A stretch of 64,000 bases of DNA from Fimbriimonadales bacterium (GCA_045862955.1 BTVI01000004.1:43770-107769); one strand, 5' to 3'; shown: positions 9,844 to 20,661, counted from the first letter of the stretch. Notes: generated by a model not told the origin, from the letters alone. Made by a program: numbers and translations.

Positions 9844-10971
9844 TTAGCGCAAGAGCTCGCGCGAGATGATGATCCGCTGAACTTCGGACGAGCCCTCGCC
9901 GATCTCGCAGAGCCTTGCGTCTCGCCAGTACTTTTCGACATCGTACTCGGTAGTGTATCCACGCCCACCGAAGATCTGCAACATTCGATGCGTAATGCGC
10001 GACGCTGCTTCGGTGGCAAAGAGTTTGGCCTGCGATGCGGCCAGATGCACCTCTCCGCCCTCGTCGTAGATGCGCGCTGCTTTGTGAATCAGCAGCCGTG
10101 CGGCTTCGATCTCCGTGGCCGAGTCGGCTAGCATCCACTGGATCGCTTGGTTCTGTGCGAGAGGACGGCCAAACTGCTCACGCTCCTTCGAATACGGAAT
10201 CGCGGCCTCCAGTGCCGCCTCGGCGAGGCCTAACGCCATCGCTGCGATCCCGATCCGGCCTCTTTGCAACAGCCCGATGGATTCCGAGAAAGTGCCGGGA
10301 GTGCGCCACCCGATGGCCTTGTCCAGACGGAAGCGAGTCGTATAACTAGCCTTCACTCCCGTGGTCTCGATTCGCGGCTCGTTCTGGTAGCCGGGCTGGC
10401 CGGTCTCCACGAGGAACGCACCCATCTCCTGCTCAGAGATGCGTGCGATGACTACCACTAACTGCGCCCGCGCTGCGTTGGTGATAAACATCTTCTCGCC
10501 GGTGAGGTACCAGCGGTCCGGGCCGTAGACGTCTTCTGGTGCAGGCACCGCAGTAGTTCGCACGCCGCGTGCGTCGCTTCCGGCAGTGGGTTCGGTCAGT
10601 GCCCAGCCCATTCGCCATTCGCCACTGACGATCTTGGGCAGATAGAGCGCCTGCTGCTCTGGAGTGGTGAACCGCACGAGATGACCGGCACAGAGGGCGT
10701 TGAGAGCAGCAACGTTCATGGCCAATGCGCCATCGCCTTTGGCCACCTCTCGTACCGCCTCCGCATAGCACCCGCAGCTAACGCCACTCCCTCCGAGCTC
10801 TTGCGGGACCACCATGGTGAGAAGGCCGAGCTCCGTAAGGATTGGCCACAGGCTGTCCGGCCAGCCACCATTAGCCTCCCAGGCACGGTGATTGGGCCGC
10901 ACCTCCCTCTCGACGAACTCCCTCACGCGTGCCAAGAATTCCAGCTCACGCTCGCTCAGTTGCAGCAACAT
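9844..10971 (-). CDS. Acyl-CoA dehydrogenase
   Basis: ALTEPTAGSD, GEKMFITNA, REQFGRPL, QIFGGRGY, IGEGSSEVQR. Confidence 0.93.
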   Translation of the reverse strand: MLLQLSERELEFLARVREFVEREVRPNHRAWEANGGWPDSLWPILTELGLLTMVVPQELGGSGVSCGCYAEAVREVAKGDGALAMNVAALNALCAGHLVRFTTPEQQALYLPKIVSGEWRMGWALTEPTAGSDARGVRTTAVPAPEDVYGPDRWYLTGEKMFITNAARAQLVVVIARISEQEMGAFLVETGQPGYQNEPRIETTGVKASYTTRFRLDKAIGWRTPGTFSESIGLLQRGRIGIAAMALGLAEAALEAAIPYSKEREQFGRPLAQNQAIQWMLADSATEIEAARLLIHKAARIYDEGGEVHLAASQAKLFATEAASRITHRMLQIFGGRGYTTEYDVEKYWRDARLCEIGEGSSEVQRIIISRELLR

Positions 10972-11059
10972 ACCGATCTCCCCCTCGAGACGCAATCGTG
11001 GCAGCCATTGCCCGACCCGTACAGAGGCTCAGGATACCCGCCGGCCCGCATCCCAGTGC

Positions 11060-11731
11060 TTATTGCTCGACGGCAGAAGGACGAGCAATCGCCCACGGGA
11101 TGTGCAGCACCAGCCCACGCTCTGCGGCCAGGTCTCGGATGCGCTCCATCAAGGTGAGCGCGAACCGTCGCCGCGCCTCCTTCTCCTCGAGTCCCTCCGC
11201 CACCGAGGCGTAGGTGAACGGCTCTCCCCAAACGACGCTGATTTTGGCCCGCCGGGGCAGCTTCGCACCCCTAGGCAGGAACCGATCGGATCCCACCACC
11301 GCCACTGGAATCACGGGTGCGGAGGTGAGCTTGGCGAGTAGCGCGACGCCCTGGTTCGGCTCTCCTAACGACTTGCCGTCCCCACGGGTGCCTTCGGGGA
11401 ACACGAGCACGGCCTCGCCAGCGCGTAGCAGTGACTGAGCCTTACGAATCGCAGCCAGGTCCGCCGAGCCTCGGTCAACTGGAAATGCTCCCACCATCCG
11501 CAAGACCCGGCCAACTACGGGCACGAACAGCTGCTTCTTGGCCATGAAGCAGAGGGGGCGGTGCGTCGCGCTTCCAACGGCAGGCGGATCGGCAAAGCTC
11601 AGGTGATTCGGTGCGACAATCAGCGGGCCACTCTCTGGCACGCGCTCCTCGTGTACCCACTCCAACCCCCCCGCCGCAGCAAAAAGCCCTCGGAAGGCGG
11701 CGCGTCCGACACAGTAGAGCAGTCGTCCCAC
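11060..11731 (-). CDS. plsC: 1-acyl-sn-glycerol-3-phosphate acyltransferase
   Basis: NHLSFAD (HX4D), FPEGTR. Confidence 0.9.
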   Translation of the reverse strand: MGRLLYCVGRAAFRGLFAAAGGLEWVHEERVPESGPLIVAPNHLSFADPPAVGSATHRPLCFMAKKQLFVPVVGRVLRMVGAFPVDRGSADLAAIRKAQSLLRAGEAVLVFPEGTRGDGKSLGEPNQGVALLAKLTSAPVIPVAVVGSDRFLPRGAKLPRRAKISVVWGEPFTYASVAEGLEEKEARRRFALTLMERIRDLAAERGLVLHIPWAIARPSAVEQ

Positions 11732-11732
11732 C

Positions 11733-12401
11733 CTACTCCTCCAGCAGCGCGATGATACGATCCACGACCTGCTCGACGCTTAGGTCGCTGGAATCTATCA
11801 GGACAGCATCCTGCGCGCGTCGCAGAGGCGAGTCTTCCCTCGTGCTATCACGGTGGTCGCGCTCCATCTGTTGCTCCAGGACCTCCGCAAGAGTGGTCTC
11901 GATACCCCTAGCGGCTAGCTCCTCGTAGCGGCGACGGGCGCGAACCTCGGGCGAGGCGTCGAGGTAGACCTTGAGGTCTGCATCCGGCGCGACGACGGTC
12001 GTGGTGTCGCGGCCTTCCAACGTCCATCCGCCGGAAGCGATGATACGGCGTTGCGCCGCGACCATCGCTCGCCGAACAGCTGAATGCACAGAAAGGGCGG
12101 AAGCCAGGTCGCCGATTTCGGGAGTCCGTATCTCCTCGGTGACGTCGCGACCATTGCAGATGACCCGCTGTGCTGCAGGCGGACCTTCGAAACATACCTG
12201 CAGACTGGCTGCCAAGTCGCCCAGTTGCTCAGGCGGCGCGTCGGCGATCTTCGCCTTCACGGCTTCCAACGCTAGCGCACGGTACATGGCGCCGGTGTCT
12301 AGATAACGAAGGCCGATACGTTCGGCGAGGGCCTTTGCAACGGTGCTCTTGCCTGCGCCCGAGGGTCCGTCAATCGCAATGACCAGGCCGTCACGTTTCA
12401 C
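11733..12401 (-). CDS. cmk: Cytidylate kinase
   Basis: IAIDGPSGAGKST, LDTGAMYR, EGRD. Confidence 0.95.
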   Translation of the reverse strand: MKRDGLVIAIDGPSGAGKSTVAKALAERIGLRYLDTGAMYRALALEAVKAKIADAPPEQLGDLAASLQVCFEGPPAAQRVICNGRDVTEEIRTPEIGDLASALSVHSAVRRAMVAAQRRIIASGGWTLEGRDTTTVVAPDADLKVYLDASPEVRARRRYEELAARGIETTLAEVLEQQMERDHRDSTREDSPLRRAQDAVLIDSSDLSVEQVVDRIIALLEE

Positions 12402-13689
12402 GAATGTCCGCTCCGAGGGAACGCATCATCTCGACGAAACCGGGGAAGCTAGTGTCTACGCACTCGACATCCTCGACGACCGTCTCGCCCTCGGCCGCGA
12501 GCCCTGCTACCGCAAGGCTCATCGCGATCCGGTGATCACCGTGGCTGCACACGACGGCTCCCCGTAGTCGAGTCGGTCCACGCGCTAACAGACCGTCGTG
12601 GGTGTCGCGGATGTCTGCCCCCATCTTTCGCAACTCCCCGGTGATGGTGGCCAATCGGTCGCTCTCCTTATGCCGTAGCTCGGAGGCGCTCGATAGCTCG
12701 GTGAATCCATCGGATTGCGTTGCAGCGACGGCGAAGACTGGGACCTCGTCCACCATGCGCACCACCAAGTCGCCTGCAGCGCTGAGGCCCGAGAGGGTGC
12801 AGTGCCGAGCCGTCATGTTGGCGACCGGCTCTCCGGCTTCCTCTCTTCGCTCGGTTACGGCCAAGTCGGCACCTGCCCCGATCAAGACCTCTAGCAGACC
12901 GGTTCGCGTGGGGTTGTCGCCAACGCCGAAGACTTCCACCGAGGAGCCTGGCACGATCAGGCCCGCAACCAGGGGGAAGGCTGCCGAGGACACGTCCCCG
13001 GGCACCTCGACATCGGCAGCCCGCAGCGTAGCGCCACCGCGGACCGCTACGCTCAGGTCAGAGCGCTCTACCTCCGCGCCGAACGCAGTGAGCATTCGTT
13101 CTGTGTGGTCCCTGCTGAGCGACGGCTCGGTAACGACGGTCTCGCCCTCTGCCCGCAGGCCCGCCAGCAGCACGCAGCTTTTCACCTGAGCGCTTGCGAC
13201 AGGGCTCTCGTACCGGATGCCGCGTAGCTTCCCACCTCGAATCGTCAGCGGGGCAAGACGTCCACCCTCCCGCCCATCCACCATGGCCCCCATCCTGCGG
13301 AGCGGCTCGACGATCCGTGCCATCGGACGACGCCGCAGCGAATCGTCCCCCGTGATCACCGAGAGGAACGGGCACCCCGCCAGCACCCCTGCCATGAGTC
13401 GGATCGTCGTCCCGGAGTTGCCGGCGTTCAGCACATCCTGTGGCTCGCTGAGTGGACCGCCGGTGACCGACCACTCCCCAGGGCCGAGCCGCTCCACCGG
13501 CACGCCCAGATGGCGCAGGATGCGAGCAGTCGCTAGGCAGTCCTCCCCTTCCAGCAAATTGCGAATGTTCGTGGTCCCTTCCGCCAGTGCGCCCAGGATA
13601 AGCGCGCGGTGCGAGATGCTTTTGTCCGGAGGGCAGTTAACTCTCCCGACCAGAGGGTGCCCCCCCTTCACACGCCAGGACCGAGTCAT
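12391..13689 (-). CDS. aroA: 3-phosphoshikimate 1-carboxyvinyltransferase
   Basis: DKSISHR, GNSGTTIRL, SAQVKS, KESDR, DHRIAM. Confidence 0.97.
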   Translation of the reverse strand: MTRSWRVKGGHPLVGRVNCPPDKSISHRALILGALAEGTTNIRNLLEGEDCLATARILRHLGVPVERLGPGEWSVTGGPLSEPQDVLNAGNSGTTIRLMAGVLAGCPFLSVITGDDSLRRRPMARIVEPLRRMGAMVDGREGGRLAPLTIRGGKLRGIRYESPVASAQVKSCVLLAGLRAEGETVVTEPSLSRDHTERMLTAFGAEVERSDLSVAVRGGATLRAADVEVPGDVSSAAFPLVAGLIVPGSSVEVFGVGDNPTRTGLLEVLIGAGADLAVTERREEAGEPVANMTARHCTLSGLSAAGDLVVRMVDEVPVFAVAATQSDGFTELSSASELRHKESDRLATITGELRKMGADIRDTHDGLLARGPTRLRGAVVCSHGDHRIAMSLAVAGLAAEGETVVEDVECVDTSFPGFVEMMRSLGADIRET

Positions 13690-14540
13690 CGGTTGGTCTC
13701 GTCCTTTAGCCGCTTCGCCTCGCTTAGGAGTTCGAGCACCTTTTGGTCGTCGTGAGCCTGAATGAAATCGCGCATCTCCTTTAGATGGTATTCGAGGTCG
13801 TGCAGAGCGGAGACTACTTCGTCGCGGTTGTTAGCAATGATGCTCTGCCACAACTCTGGGGAGCTTGCGGCTACGCGGGTCAGGTCGGCCCAGCTAGGGC
13901 CGGCCATCTGCGGATGGGTCAGCATCGCGCTCATACGCATCAGCGTGGCGGCAAGCACGTGGGGCAGATGCGAGAGCACGGCGGCGTGACGGTCGTGCTC
14001 CTCCGGACTGAGCAGCAGCGGCTTGCTACCGATCGACTCCACCAGGCCCTGTATGGTCCTGAGCGCAGCCTTGTCGGTATCCGCAGTAGGGGTCAGTACC
14101 CACGTCGCCCCCTCGAAGAGGTCCGCGGTCGCATGCGCTGGCCCAGAGTTGGCCCGCCCGGCCATCGGATGCCCCCCGACGAATCGGGGTCGAAATCGCA
14201 GGGGGTAGGTCTTGGTCCACGAGACGATCCCGGCCTTGACGCTCACGGTGTCCGTCACGATGCACCCGTCCCGAGCGAACACGTCCGCCTCCACGAGGCA
14301 CGGGACGACGGCGGGCGGTGGAACGGCTAGCACGAGGATGTCCGCTGCAGCCAGGTGGTTCAAGGTTTCGTAGGTCTGCTCGACCGCGCCGACCTGCAGT
14401 GCAGTGTCGCGCGCTTCGGGGTCGGTATCGAAGCCGAACACCTCCTTGCACACACCGTGTTTTCTAAGGGCGAGGCCCAAGCTCGAACCAACGAGGCCGA
14501 GCCCGACGATGCCAACCCGACCGAAACTCCTACGCCGCAT
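13686..14540 (-). CDS. tyrA: Prephenate dehydrogenase
   Basis: GLGLVGSS, GGHPMAG, SHLPH, DLTRVA. Confidence 0.9.
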   Translation of the reverse strand: MRRRSFGRVGIVGLGLVGSSLGLALRKHGVCKEVFGFDTDPEARDTALQVGAVEQTYETLNHLAAADILVLAVPPPAVVPCLVEADVFARDGCIVTDTVSVKAGIVSWTKTYPLRFRPRFVGGHPMAGRANSGPAHATADLFEGATWVLTPTADTDKAALRTIQGLVESIGSKPLLLSPEEHDRHAAVLSHLPHVLAATLMRMSAMLTHPQMAGPSWADLTRVAASSPELWQSIIANNRDEVVSALHDLEYHLKEMRDFIQAHDDQKVLELLSEAKRLKDETNR

Positions 14541-15558
14541 GGCCTCCGAGCTTGCGCCCGACAGCAGCAGCCACCTTCTCGGCGGCCGCCATGAGCGCCT
14601 CGAATGCCTCGAATGTGAGGCTCTGCGCTCCATCCTTCAGAGCCTTGGTCGGCTCGGGGTGCACCTCGATCATCAGCCCGTCTGCTCCAGCGGCAATGGC
14701 TGCGAGTGCGACGGCAGGCACCAGCCCAGAGCGCCCGGTACCATGGCTCGGGTCGGCGACGACGGGAAGGTGGGACAGGTCCTTCACGAGCGGGATGGCA
14801 TTGATGTCGAAGGTGTTGCGAGTTGCTTGCTCGAACGTGCGGATTCCACGTTCGCACAGGATGATGTGCTCGTCGCCCCCGCTCGCCAGGTACTCGGCGG
14901 CCTGCAACCACTCCTCGATGTTGGAAGCCCAGCCGCGCTTCAACATCACCGGCAGCCGAGAGCGACCGATCTCTCGAAGCAGACTGAAGTTCGCCATGTT
15001 GCGCGTACCCACCTGAAGGATGTCCGCGTATTTGGCTACCAGCTCGACGTCCCGCGTATCCATCACTTCGGTGATCACGGGCAGGCCTGTCTCATCGCGC
15101 GCCGCAGCGAGTATCCGGAGGCCGTCTTCACCCATGCCGTGGAAGCTGTACGGCGAGGTGCTCGGCTTGTACGCGCCACCACGAAGTATAGTAGCGCCTG
15201 CGGCTTTCACCTGGCGCGCCGTCTCGAGAAGCATCTGCTCGTTCTCCACCGTGCAGGGGCCGGCCATCACGGTGATCGTCGAACCGCCGATGGTCACTCC
15301 GCGAACGTCGAATACCGTGCCTTCCGGCTTCGCGGCACGAGCTACCAGCTTGTAGGGCTTCAGGATCGGAACGACTTCGTCTACGCAGGGCAGGCCATAG
15401 AGACGGTCCCGAAGCGTGAGAGGCTCGTCACCGATGATGCCTACGATGGTGCGCTCGACACCGCGCGAGAGGTGTGTCCTGTAACCCTGGTTCTGGATGA
15501 ACTCGATAAGCCCGTCCAGCTCCTCATCTGGCGTGCCCGGCTTGACTACGACGATCAT
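14530..15558 (-). CDS. aroF: DAHP synthase, class I-beta with N-terminal regulatory domain
   Basis: AGPCTVE, RGGAYKP, LCERGIRTFE, DPSHGTG. Confidence 0.95.
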   Translation of the reverse strand: MIVVVKPGTPDEELDGLIEFIQNQGYRTHLSRGVERTIVGIIGDEPLTLRDRLYGLPCVDEVVPILKPYKLVARAAKPEGTVFDVRGVTIGGSTITVMAGPCTVENEQMLLETARQVKAAGATILRGGAYKPSTSPYSFHGMGEDGLRILAAARDETGLPVITEVMDTRDVELVAKYADILQVGTRNMANFSLLREIGRSRLPVMLKRGWASNIEEWLQAAEYLASGGDEHIILCERGIRTFEQATRNTFDINAIPLVKDLSHLPVVADPSHGTGRSGLVPAVALAAIAAGADGLMIEVHPEPTKALKDGAQSLTFEAFEALMAAAEKVAAAVGRKLGGHAA

Positions 15559-15599
15559 TCAGCATCTCCCAGTCTGAACCCGGCGAGTATACCCACGGG

Positions 15600-16358
15600 C
15601 TAGTAGCGGGCTGGGTTCGGTCTTTCGGTAGGTTTCCCCTCGGTCTTGGAAAACACTACGTCGGTGCGGACCGCTCGGGAGACGAAGGAGAGCTTAGCCT
15701 CGCGCCAATCCGCCGGAGCCGAGCGAACGTCGAAGCGCAGGAGCCACGCGGCAGCGAAATAGGGGCCCCGCGGCACGTAGGCCTGGTGGAACCCAGGACG
15801 GTCGGGCTCATCGAAGTACAAGCTTGCAGCCAGCCCGAAGGGATAGTCGGAGGCCACCCGCTCGTTGTCGCCCGAGAGCCTCTCCACGAGGCGGGCCTCC
15901 TTCAGCGGGCAGGTGGAGCCGTCCAGGGCCAGCGATGCCGTCAGCTTCTCCAATCCCCACCTATCTGCCCTGGTTTCGGCCTCGCGCGTCACGGGTGTCA
16001 ATTTGGGGAATGCGGTCAGGAGCAGCACGACTACGAGTTCGCCTTCGTGAGCTCTCGACCACTCGGTCCAAAGCCGAAGCGCCTCTTCTGCAGTGCGCAG
16101 CTCTCGACCGGTCTGATATCCTAGCCACTCCGAGGCGCACTCGGGGGTCAACAGCCAAGCCCACTGGCTGTGCCGCTTCGCGATGCCGTCGAACCACAGG
16201 CCCGCAGGCTGGCGCCAGCCCTTCCCGACCTCGGCGATCCCGTTCCGCGAGGCAGCGAGACGCTGCCCATGTTCGAACGCATCTTGGATGGGGGCGCCGG
16301 GCCACACAGGCCCGCCGGCCTGGGCCAGGACGAGGGCGGCGAAGAGAGGAACGAGCAT
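15600..16358 (-). CDS. Hypothetical exported protein
   Basis: 252-aa ORF with short signal-like N-terminus; no recognised motif. Confidence 0.55.
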   Translation of the reverse strand: MLVPLFAALVLAQAGGPVWPGAPIQDAFEHGQRLAASRNGIAEVGKGWRQPAGLWFDGIAKRHSQWAWLLTPECASEWLGYQTGRELRTAEEALRLWTEWSRAHEGELVVVLLLTAFPKLTPVTREAETRADRWGLEKLTASLALDGSTCPLKEARLVERLSGDNERVASDYPFGLAASLYFDEPDRPGFHQAYVPRGPYFAAAWLLRFDVRSAPADWREAKLSFVSRAVRTDVVFSKTEGKPTERPNPARY

Positions 16359-16458
16359 ACATTGTTCATTGTCGCCCTCAGGGGGTGCGACCCCCAGTGT
16401 GTCGTCGCACGTCTAAATACAATGAGCCATGAGTAGGAGGGGAGGTTGGGTCACTGGC

Positions 16459-16741
16459 GACGTCACTCGCAGCCTGACGTCATGCTTGGCCAGACGTCAC
16501 GCTGAGACTGAGCTCATGCTGAGCCCGACCTCATGCTGAGAGGGGCGGCATCCTGAGTCCGACGTCGCGCTGAGCTAGACGTCATGCTGAGCCGGACCTC
16601 ATCCTGAGAGGGGCGGCATCCTGACTCCGACGTCGCGCTGAGCTAGACGTCATGCTGAGCCGGACCGCATGCTGAGAGGCACGTCATCCTGAGCCAGACG
16701 CCGCGCTGAGCTAGACGTCATGCTGAGCCTGTCGAAGCATG
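16459..16741. repeat. 17-bp satellite (16 units, consensus gacgtcatgctgagcyr) with 68-bp higher-order repeat, ending in a full REP
   Basis: Units at exact 17-nt spacing from 16459 to 16730; last unit continues gtcgaagcatg. Confidence 0.85.
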
Positions 16742-16795
16742 GGACCGTTTGCCGCACGTTTTCGGATTTACTAGGCGGCTCCGGCACTCACAGAA

Positions 16796-16935
16796 GCATG
16801 CTTCGACAGGCTCAGCATGACGGATGAGCAGGACACGTTGCTCGTGCGGCCGCATGCTTCGACAGGCTCAGCATGACGGATGAGCAGGACACGTTCCTCG
16901 TACAGCCGCATGCTTCGACAGGCTGAGCGTGACGG
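16796..16935. repeat. Three inverted REP copies at 56-bp period
   Basis: gcatgcttcgacaggct(c/g)agc at 16796, 16852, 16908. Confidence 0.85.
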
Positions 16936-17035
16936 TCCCAGACGGCCGCAGGCGCTCACTGACCCACTTTTTGCGAGTGGTGAGGGATAGAATCGGTGTC
17001 GGCGCTGCGCCATATTCACGCGAGGGGTGTTAGCC

Positions 17036-17956
17036 ATGAACTGCCCGAAGTGCGGACAAGACAATCAGCCCGGTTCGAGATATTGCATTCACTGCGGTGC
17101 GGCACTAAGCGCTCAGGCCGCGGCACCGGCCCAGCAGCCGGAGGTGCGAGAGCGTCCCGCTGCGGCCAAGGCCTCGGGGATGCCCATGGGTACGAAGGTG
17201 GCGCTCGCTATCGGGGCCCTTGCCGTCATCCTCGTAGCGGGCATCCTTATCGGCAAGTACGGCCCATGGCAGGCGAAGGCCAAGACGCAGGCAAGCGGCG
17301 TACTCCAGGCCGAGGGCAGCCAACCCCCTACCGGCATGCTGCAGGCACAAGGCTCTAAGCCTCCCACCGGCATCGCCCAGGCCGAGGGATCCCCTCCACC
17401 GCAGCGGAAAGTGATGCCAGACGACATTCGCAAGTGGCTCGAGCACCTCGAGCGCATCGAGAAGCAGCGGGTGGACATGTCGAAAGACCAAGTGTCCTCG
17501 CTGATGGTAGTGATGACCAAGCTGTCGGTCTCGGGCGGTGCAGAGAACTTGGAGCGGATCATGGCCGGCGAGGATCCTAAGGCCCCGCACGAGGACCTGT
17601 CGGCCCAGGCCAACTCGATGCGTTCGGAGTGGAACGGACTAATCCAGCGATTCCGGTCGTTCCCACCACCGCAACGGTGTCGGCAGCTGGCTAACACGTA
17701 CGACCGCGTGCTGGTAGGAACGTCGCTGTCTCTGCTCTCCGTTGCTGACGCCCTCGGAAAGGCATCCAGCGATCCCCAGGGTGCGATCTCGTCTCTGCAG
17801 CGAATGAAGGGGGAGTCGTATCAGTCGGTGGATGTGCCTGCAGCTTCGTCTGACAACCAGCTGGCCGAGATATGCCGCGAGTACGATACGGACAAGTGGT
17901 TCGTGATCCACGCCGACATCGCCGGGCAGATTGGGAGCATCGGTCGCGGCTTCTGA
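17036..17956 (+). CDS. Zinc-ribbon domain membrane-anchored protein
   Basis: CPKCG...YCIHCG, single TM, three AEGS/AQGS-x-PP repeats. Confidence 0.8.
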   Translation: MNCPKCGQDNQPGSRYCIHCGAALSAQAAAPAQQPEVRERPAAAKASGMPMGTKVALAIGALAVILVAGILIGKYGPWQAKAKTQASGVLQAEGSQPPTGMLQAQGSKPPTGIAQAEGSPPPQRKVMPDDIRKWLEHLERIEKQRVDMSKDQVSSLMVVMTKLSVSGGAENLERIMAGEDPKAPHEDLSAQANSMRSEWNGLIQRFRSFPPPQRCRQLANTYDRVLVGTSLSLLSVADALGKASSDPQGAISSLQRMKGESYQSVDVPAASSDNQLAEICREYDTDKWFVIHADIAGQIGSIGRGF

Positions 17957-18006
17957 ACCGTCGGTAGCGGCAGGCAGAACCCGGTTCAGCGGCGAAATGC
18001 GAACCT

Positions 18007-19755
18007 ATGCATCATCCTAGCCTCGGAGCTGCCCTGCTCGCCTCTGCCGAGAGGTACGGCGACAAGCCCGCGCTCATGCAGCGCGACGGCTCACGCTTCC
18101 TAACCCTCACCTATAGCAAGTTGCTCTCCCGTGCCCGCCAGGTCGCTTCTGCACTGGCTGCCTCGGGCATCGCGCCTGGCGATCGGATCGCACTGATGTC
18201 GGAGAACCGGCCGGAGTGGGCGATCCTGGACTGGGGAGCTCAGCTCGCCGGCGTTGTGCTAGTGCCGCTCTTCCCCACCCTCGCTGCGCCTCAGGTCCGA
18301 TACATCCTGAAAGACAGCGGGGCCAAACTGTTGTTCTGCGAGGACGCGGGGATCGTTGCCCGATGCGTGGCTGCGATCGAAGAGATGGACCCGAGGCCGG
18401 GGCTGGTGTCGATCGAACCAGCTCCCCCCGCGCAGTCGTTTGCAGACTTCCTTCGGGCAGGCGACGGACAGGACTTCCAGGTCGCCGATGCGCAGCCCGA
18501 CGACCTGTGCACGCTCATCTACACGTCGGGGACCACGGGTGACCCCAAGGGTGTCATGCTCACTCACCGCAACCTGCTGTCCAACATCGAGTCGTGCTTG
18601 GAGGCCCTCGACGTGGGGCCGGATGACGTCTTCCTCTGGACCCTGCCACTGAGCCACGTGTTCTCACGCATGGCGGCCCATTTCCTCCCTGTATTTTGCG
18701 GGGCGACCATCGTGTGCGGCAAGTCGCTGCGCACGCTCGCCGACGACATGCGGCTGGGACGCCCTACCGTGATGTTGATGGTCCCACGCTTCCTGGAACA
18801 GCTCAAAGCGAGGATCGAGGATGGCGCCGAGCGACTACCTCTGCTTCGAAGGGCGCTCTTCCGGTGGGCGCTATCCGTTGGGCTGCGCATGCCGCCTAAG
18901 GGCTCGAAACTGGAGCGCGCATCCCAGTGGCTGAGGTGGCAGAGCGCGGTAGCGGACATCCTAGTCGGTCGCAAAGTCCGATCTCGGTTCGGCGGGAGAT
19001 TGCGCTTCGCGGTGTCGGGAGCGGCTGCGTTGCCGGTCGACGTATCCGCCTTCTTCAACGCGTTCGGCATCGTAATCTTGCAGGGATACGGCCTGACGGA
19101 GACATCGCCCGTGATCTCCGTGAACCGGCCGGATGCGAACCGTTTCGGCACCGTCGGCCCCCCGATTCCGGGCGTGGAGGTCCGGATTGCCGAGGACGGC
19201 GAGATACTCACTCGCGGTCCTCACGTGATGAAGGGCTACTATGGTCTGCCCGACGCTACTCGCGAGGTTCTGTCGCCGGACGGCTGGTTCGCGACGGGGG
19301 ACGTAGGCGAGATTGACGAGATGGGCTACCTGCGCATTACGGACCGCAAGAAGGACCTGTTGGTGCTGGCGAACGGGAAGAACGTCGCGCCACAGCCCAT
19401 CGAAGCACTGCTGAAGTCCTCACCGCTTATCGAGGAGGCGGTGGTGATGGGTGACGGGCAGCCGGTGGTCACGGCGCTCATCGTGCCCGACTTCGAGGCA
19501 CTTCGGCGGGCAGCGGGCATCTCTGTATCCGACCCCGCGGAAATGGTGTTGCTACCCGAAGTACAGACTTGCATGCGCGAGGAGGTCGACAACCTTTGCC
19601 GAGCGGTGGCAGATTTCGAGCGAGTGAGGCGATTTGCCCTGCTGCCAGAGCGCTTTACGGTGGAAGGTGGCGAGCTCACGCCCACCCTCAAAGTGCGGCG
19701 TCGCGTTATCTACGAGAAGTACGGGAGCATCATCGGGTCGCTACGAGGGGAGTGA
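18007..19755 (+). CDS. fadD: Long-chain fatty acid-CoA ligase
   Basis: YTSGTTGDPKG, QGYGLTETSP, FATGD, ELTPTLK. Confidence 0.92.
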   Translation: MHHPSLGAALLASAERYGDKPALMQRDGSRFLTLTYSKLLSRARQVASALAASGIAPGDRIALMSENRPEWAILDWGAQLAGVVLVPLFPTLAAPQVRYILKDSGAKLLFCEDAGIVARCVAAIEEMDPRPGLVSIEPAPPAQSFADFLRAGDGQDFQVADAQPDDLCTLIYTSGTTGDPKGVMLTHRNLLSNIESCLEALDVGPDDVFLWTLPLSHVFSRMAAHFLPVFCGATIVCGKSLRTLADDMRLGRPTVMLMVPRFLEQLKARIEDGAERLPLLRRALFRWALSVGLRMPPKGSKLERASQWLRWQSAVADILVGRKVRSRFGGRLRFAVSGAAALPVDVSAFFNAFGIVILQGYGLTETSPVISVNRPDANRFGTVGPPIPGVEVRIAEDGEILTRGPHVMKGYYGLPDATREVLSPDGWFATGDVGEIDEMGYLRITDRKKDLLVLANGKNVAPQPIEALLKSSPLIEEAVVMGDGQPVVTALIVPDFEALRRAAGISVSDPAEMVLLPEVQTCMREEVDNLCRAVADFERVRRFALLPERFTVEGGELTPTLKVRRRVIYEKYGSIIGSLRGE

Positions 19756-19804
19756 GGCCCACAGCCGGCGGCCCCGGATCCCCCGGGGTATAATCGGTCA
19801 AGAC

Positions 19805-20626
19805 ATGAATCGTCCCCCGCTGAGTGCGATTGACCACACTGTCGTATTTGGGATCCTGAACGTCACCCCGGATAGCTTTAGCGATGGAGGACTATTCGAC
19901 GATCCCAAGCATGCCCTGGAGCAAGCGCTGCGAATGGAGGAAGAGGGCGCCGACGTCATAGACGTAGGAGGAGAGAGCACCCGCCCAGGCTCCGAGCCCA
20001 TAGCCATCGAGGAAGAGATCCGACGCGTGGTCCCGGTCATCGAGTCCCTCTGTCAGACTCTTCGGATCCCGGTCTCCATAGATACTTACAAGCCCGAAGT
20101 TGCTAAAGAAGCAATCGCCGCAGGGGCCACGGTGATCAACGATATCACCGCACTACAGAAGCCCGCAATGGCCGAGCTGGCCGCTGCCTCGGGGTGCGAC
20201 ATCGTGCTGATGCACATGCAGGGCACCCCGAAGACCATGCAGGTCGCTCCCACCTACAGCGACGTGGTGCAGGACGTTAGCGCCTACCTGGAAGCGCGCA
20301 TCCACACGGCCGAGAAGTACGGCATCGCACACGACCGCATCTGGGTAGACCCAGGATTCGGCTTCGGGAAGAGTTACAAGCACAACATCGAGATGCTCGC
20401 CCGCATGAACGAGTTTCAGGCGCTCGGCAAGCCCGTGTTGGTGGGTCCATCGCGGAAGTCGTTCCTCAGTCGCCTCGCCGACGCCCCGGCAACAGACCGT
20501 CCCGGCCTGACGGGAGGCGCTGTGGCCGCCGCGGTGCTGGCCGGTGCGAGGGGAGTGCGGGTGCATGACGTGCGCTTCATACGCGACATTCTGCTCGTGC
20601 TGGACGCCATCTCCGGCGTGAAATAG
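19805..20626 (+). CDS. folP: Dihydropteroate synthase
   Basis: ILNVTPDSFSDGG, GGESTRPG, DPGFGFGK, SRKSF, RVHDV. Confidence 0.97.
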   Translation: MNRPPLSAIDHTVVFGILNVTPDSFSDGGLFDDPKHALEQALRMEEEGADVIDVGGESTRPGSEPIAIEEEIRRVVPVIESLCQTLRIPVSIDTYKPEVAKEAIAAGATVINDITALQKPAMAELAAASGCDIVLMHMQGTPKTMQVAPTYSDVVQDVSAYLEARIHTAEKYGIAHDRIWVDPGFGFGKSYKHNIEMLARMNEFQALGKPVLVGPSRKSFLSRLADAPATDRPGLTGGAVAAAVLAGARGVRVHDVRFIRDILLVLDAISGVK

Positions 20627-20661
20627 GAACCTGGTTGCAGGCCGCTGCGTCTCACTCCCGG

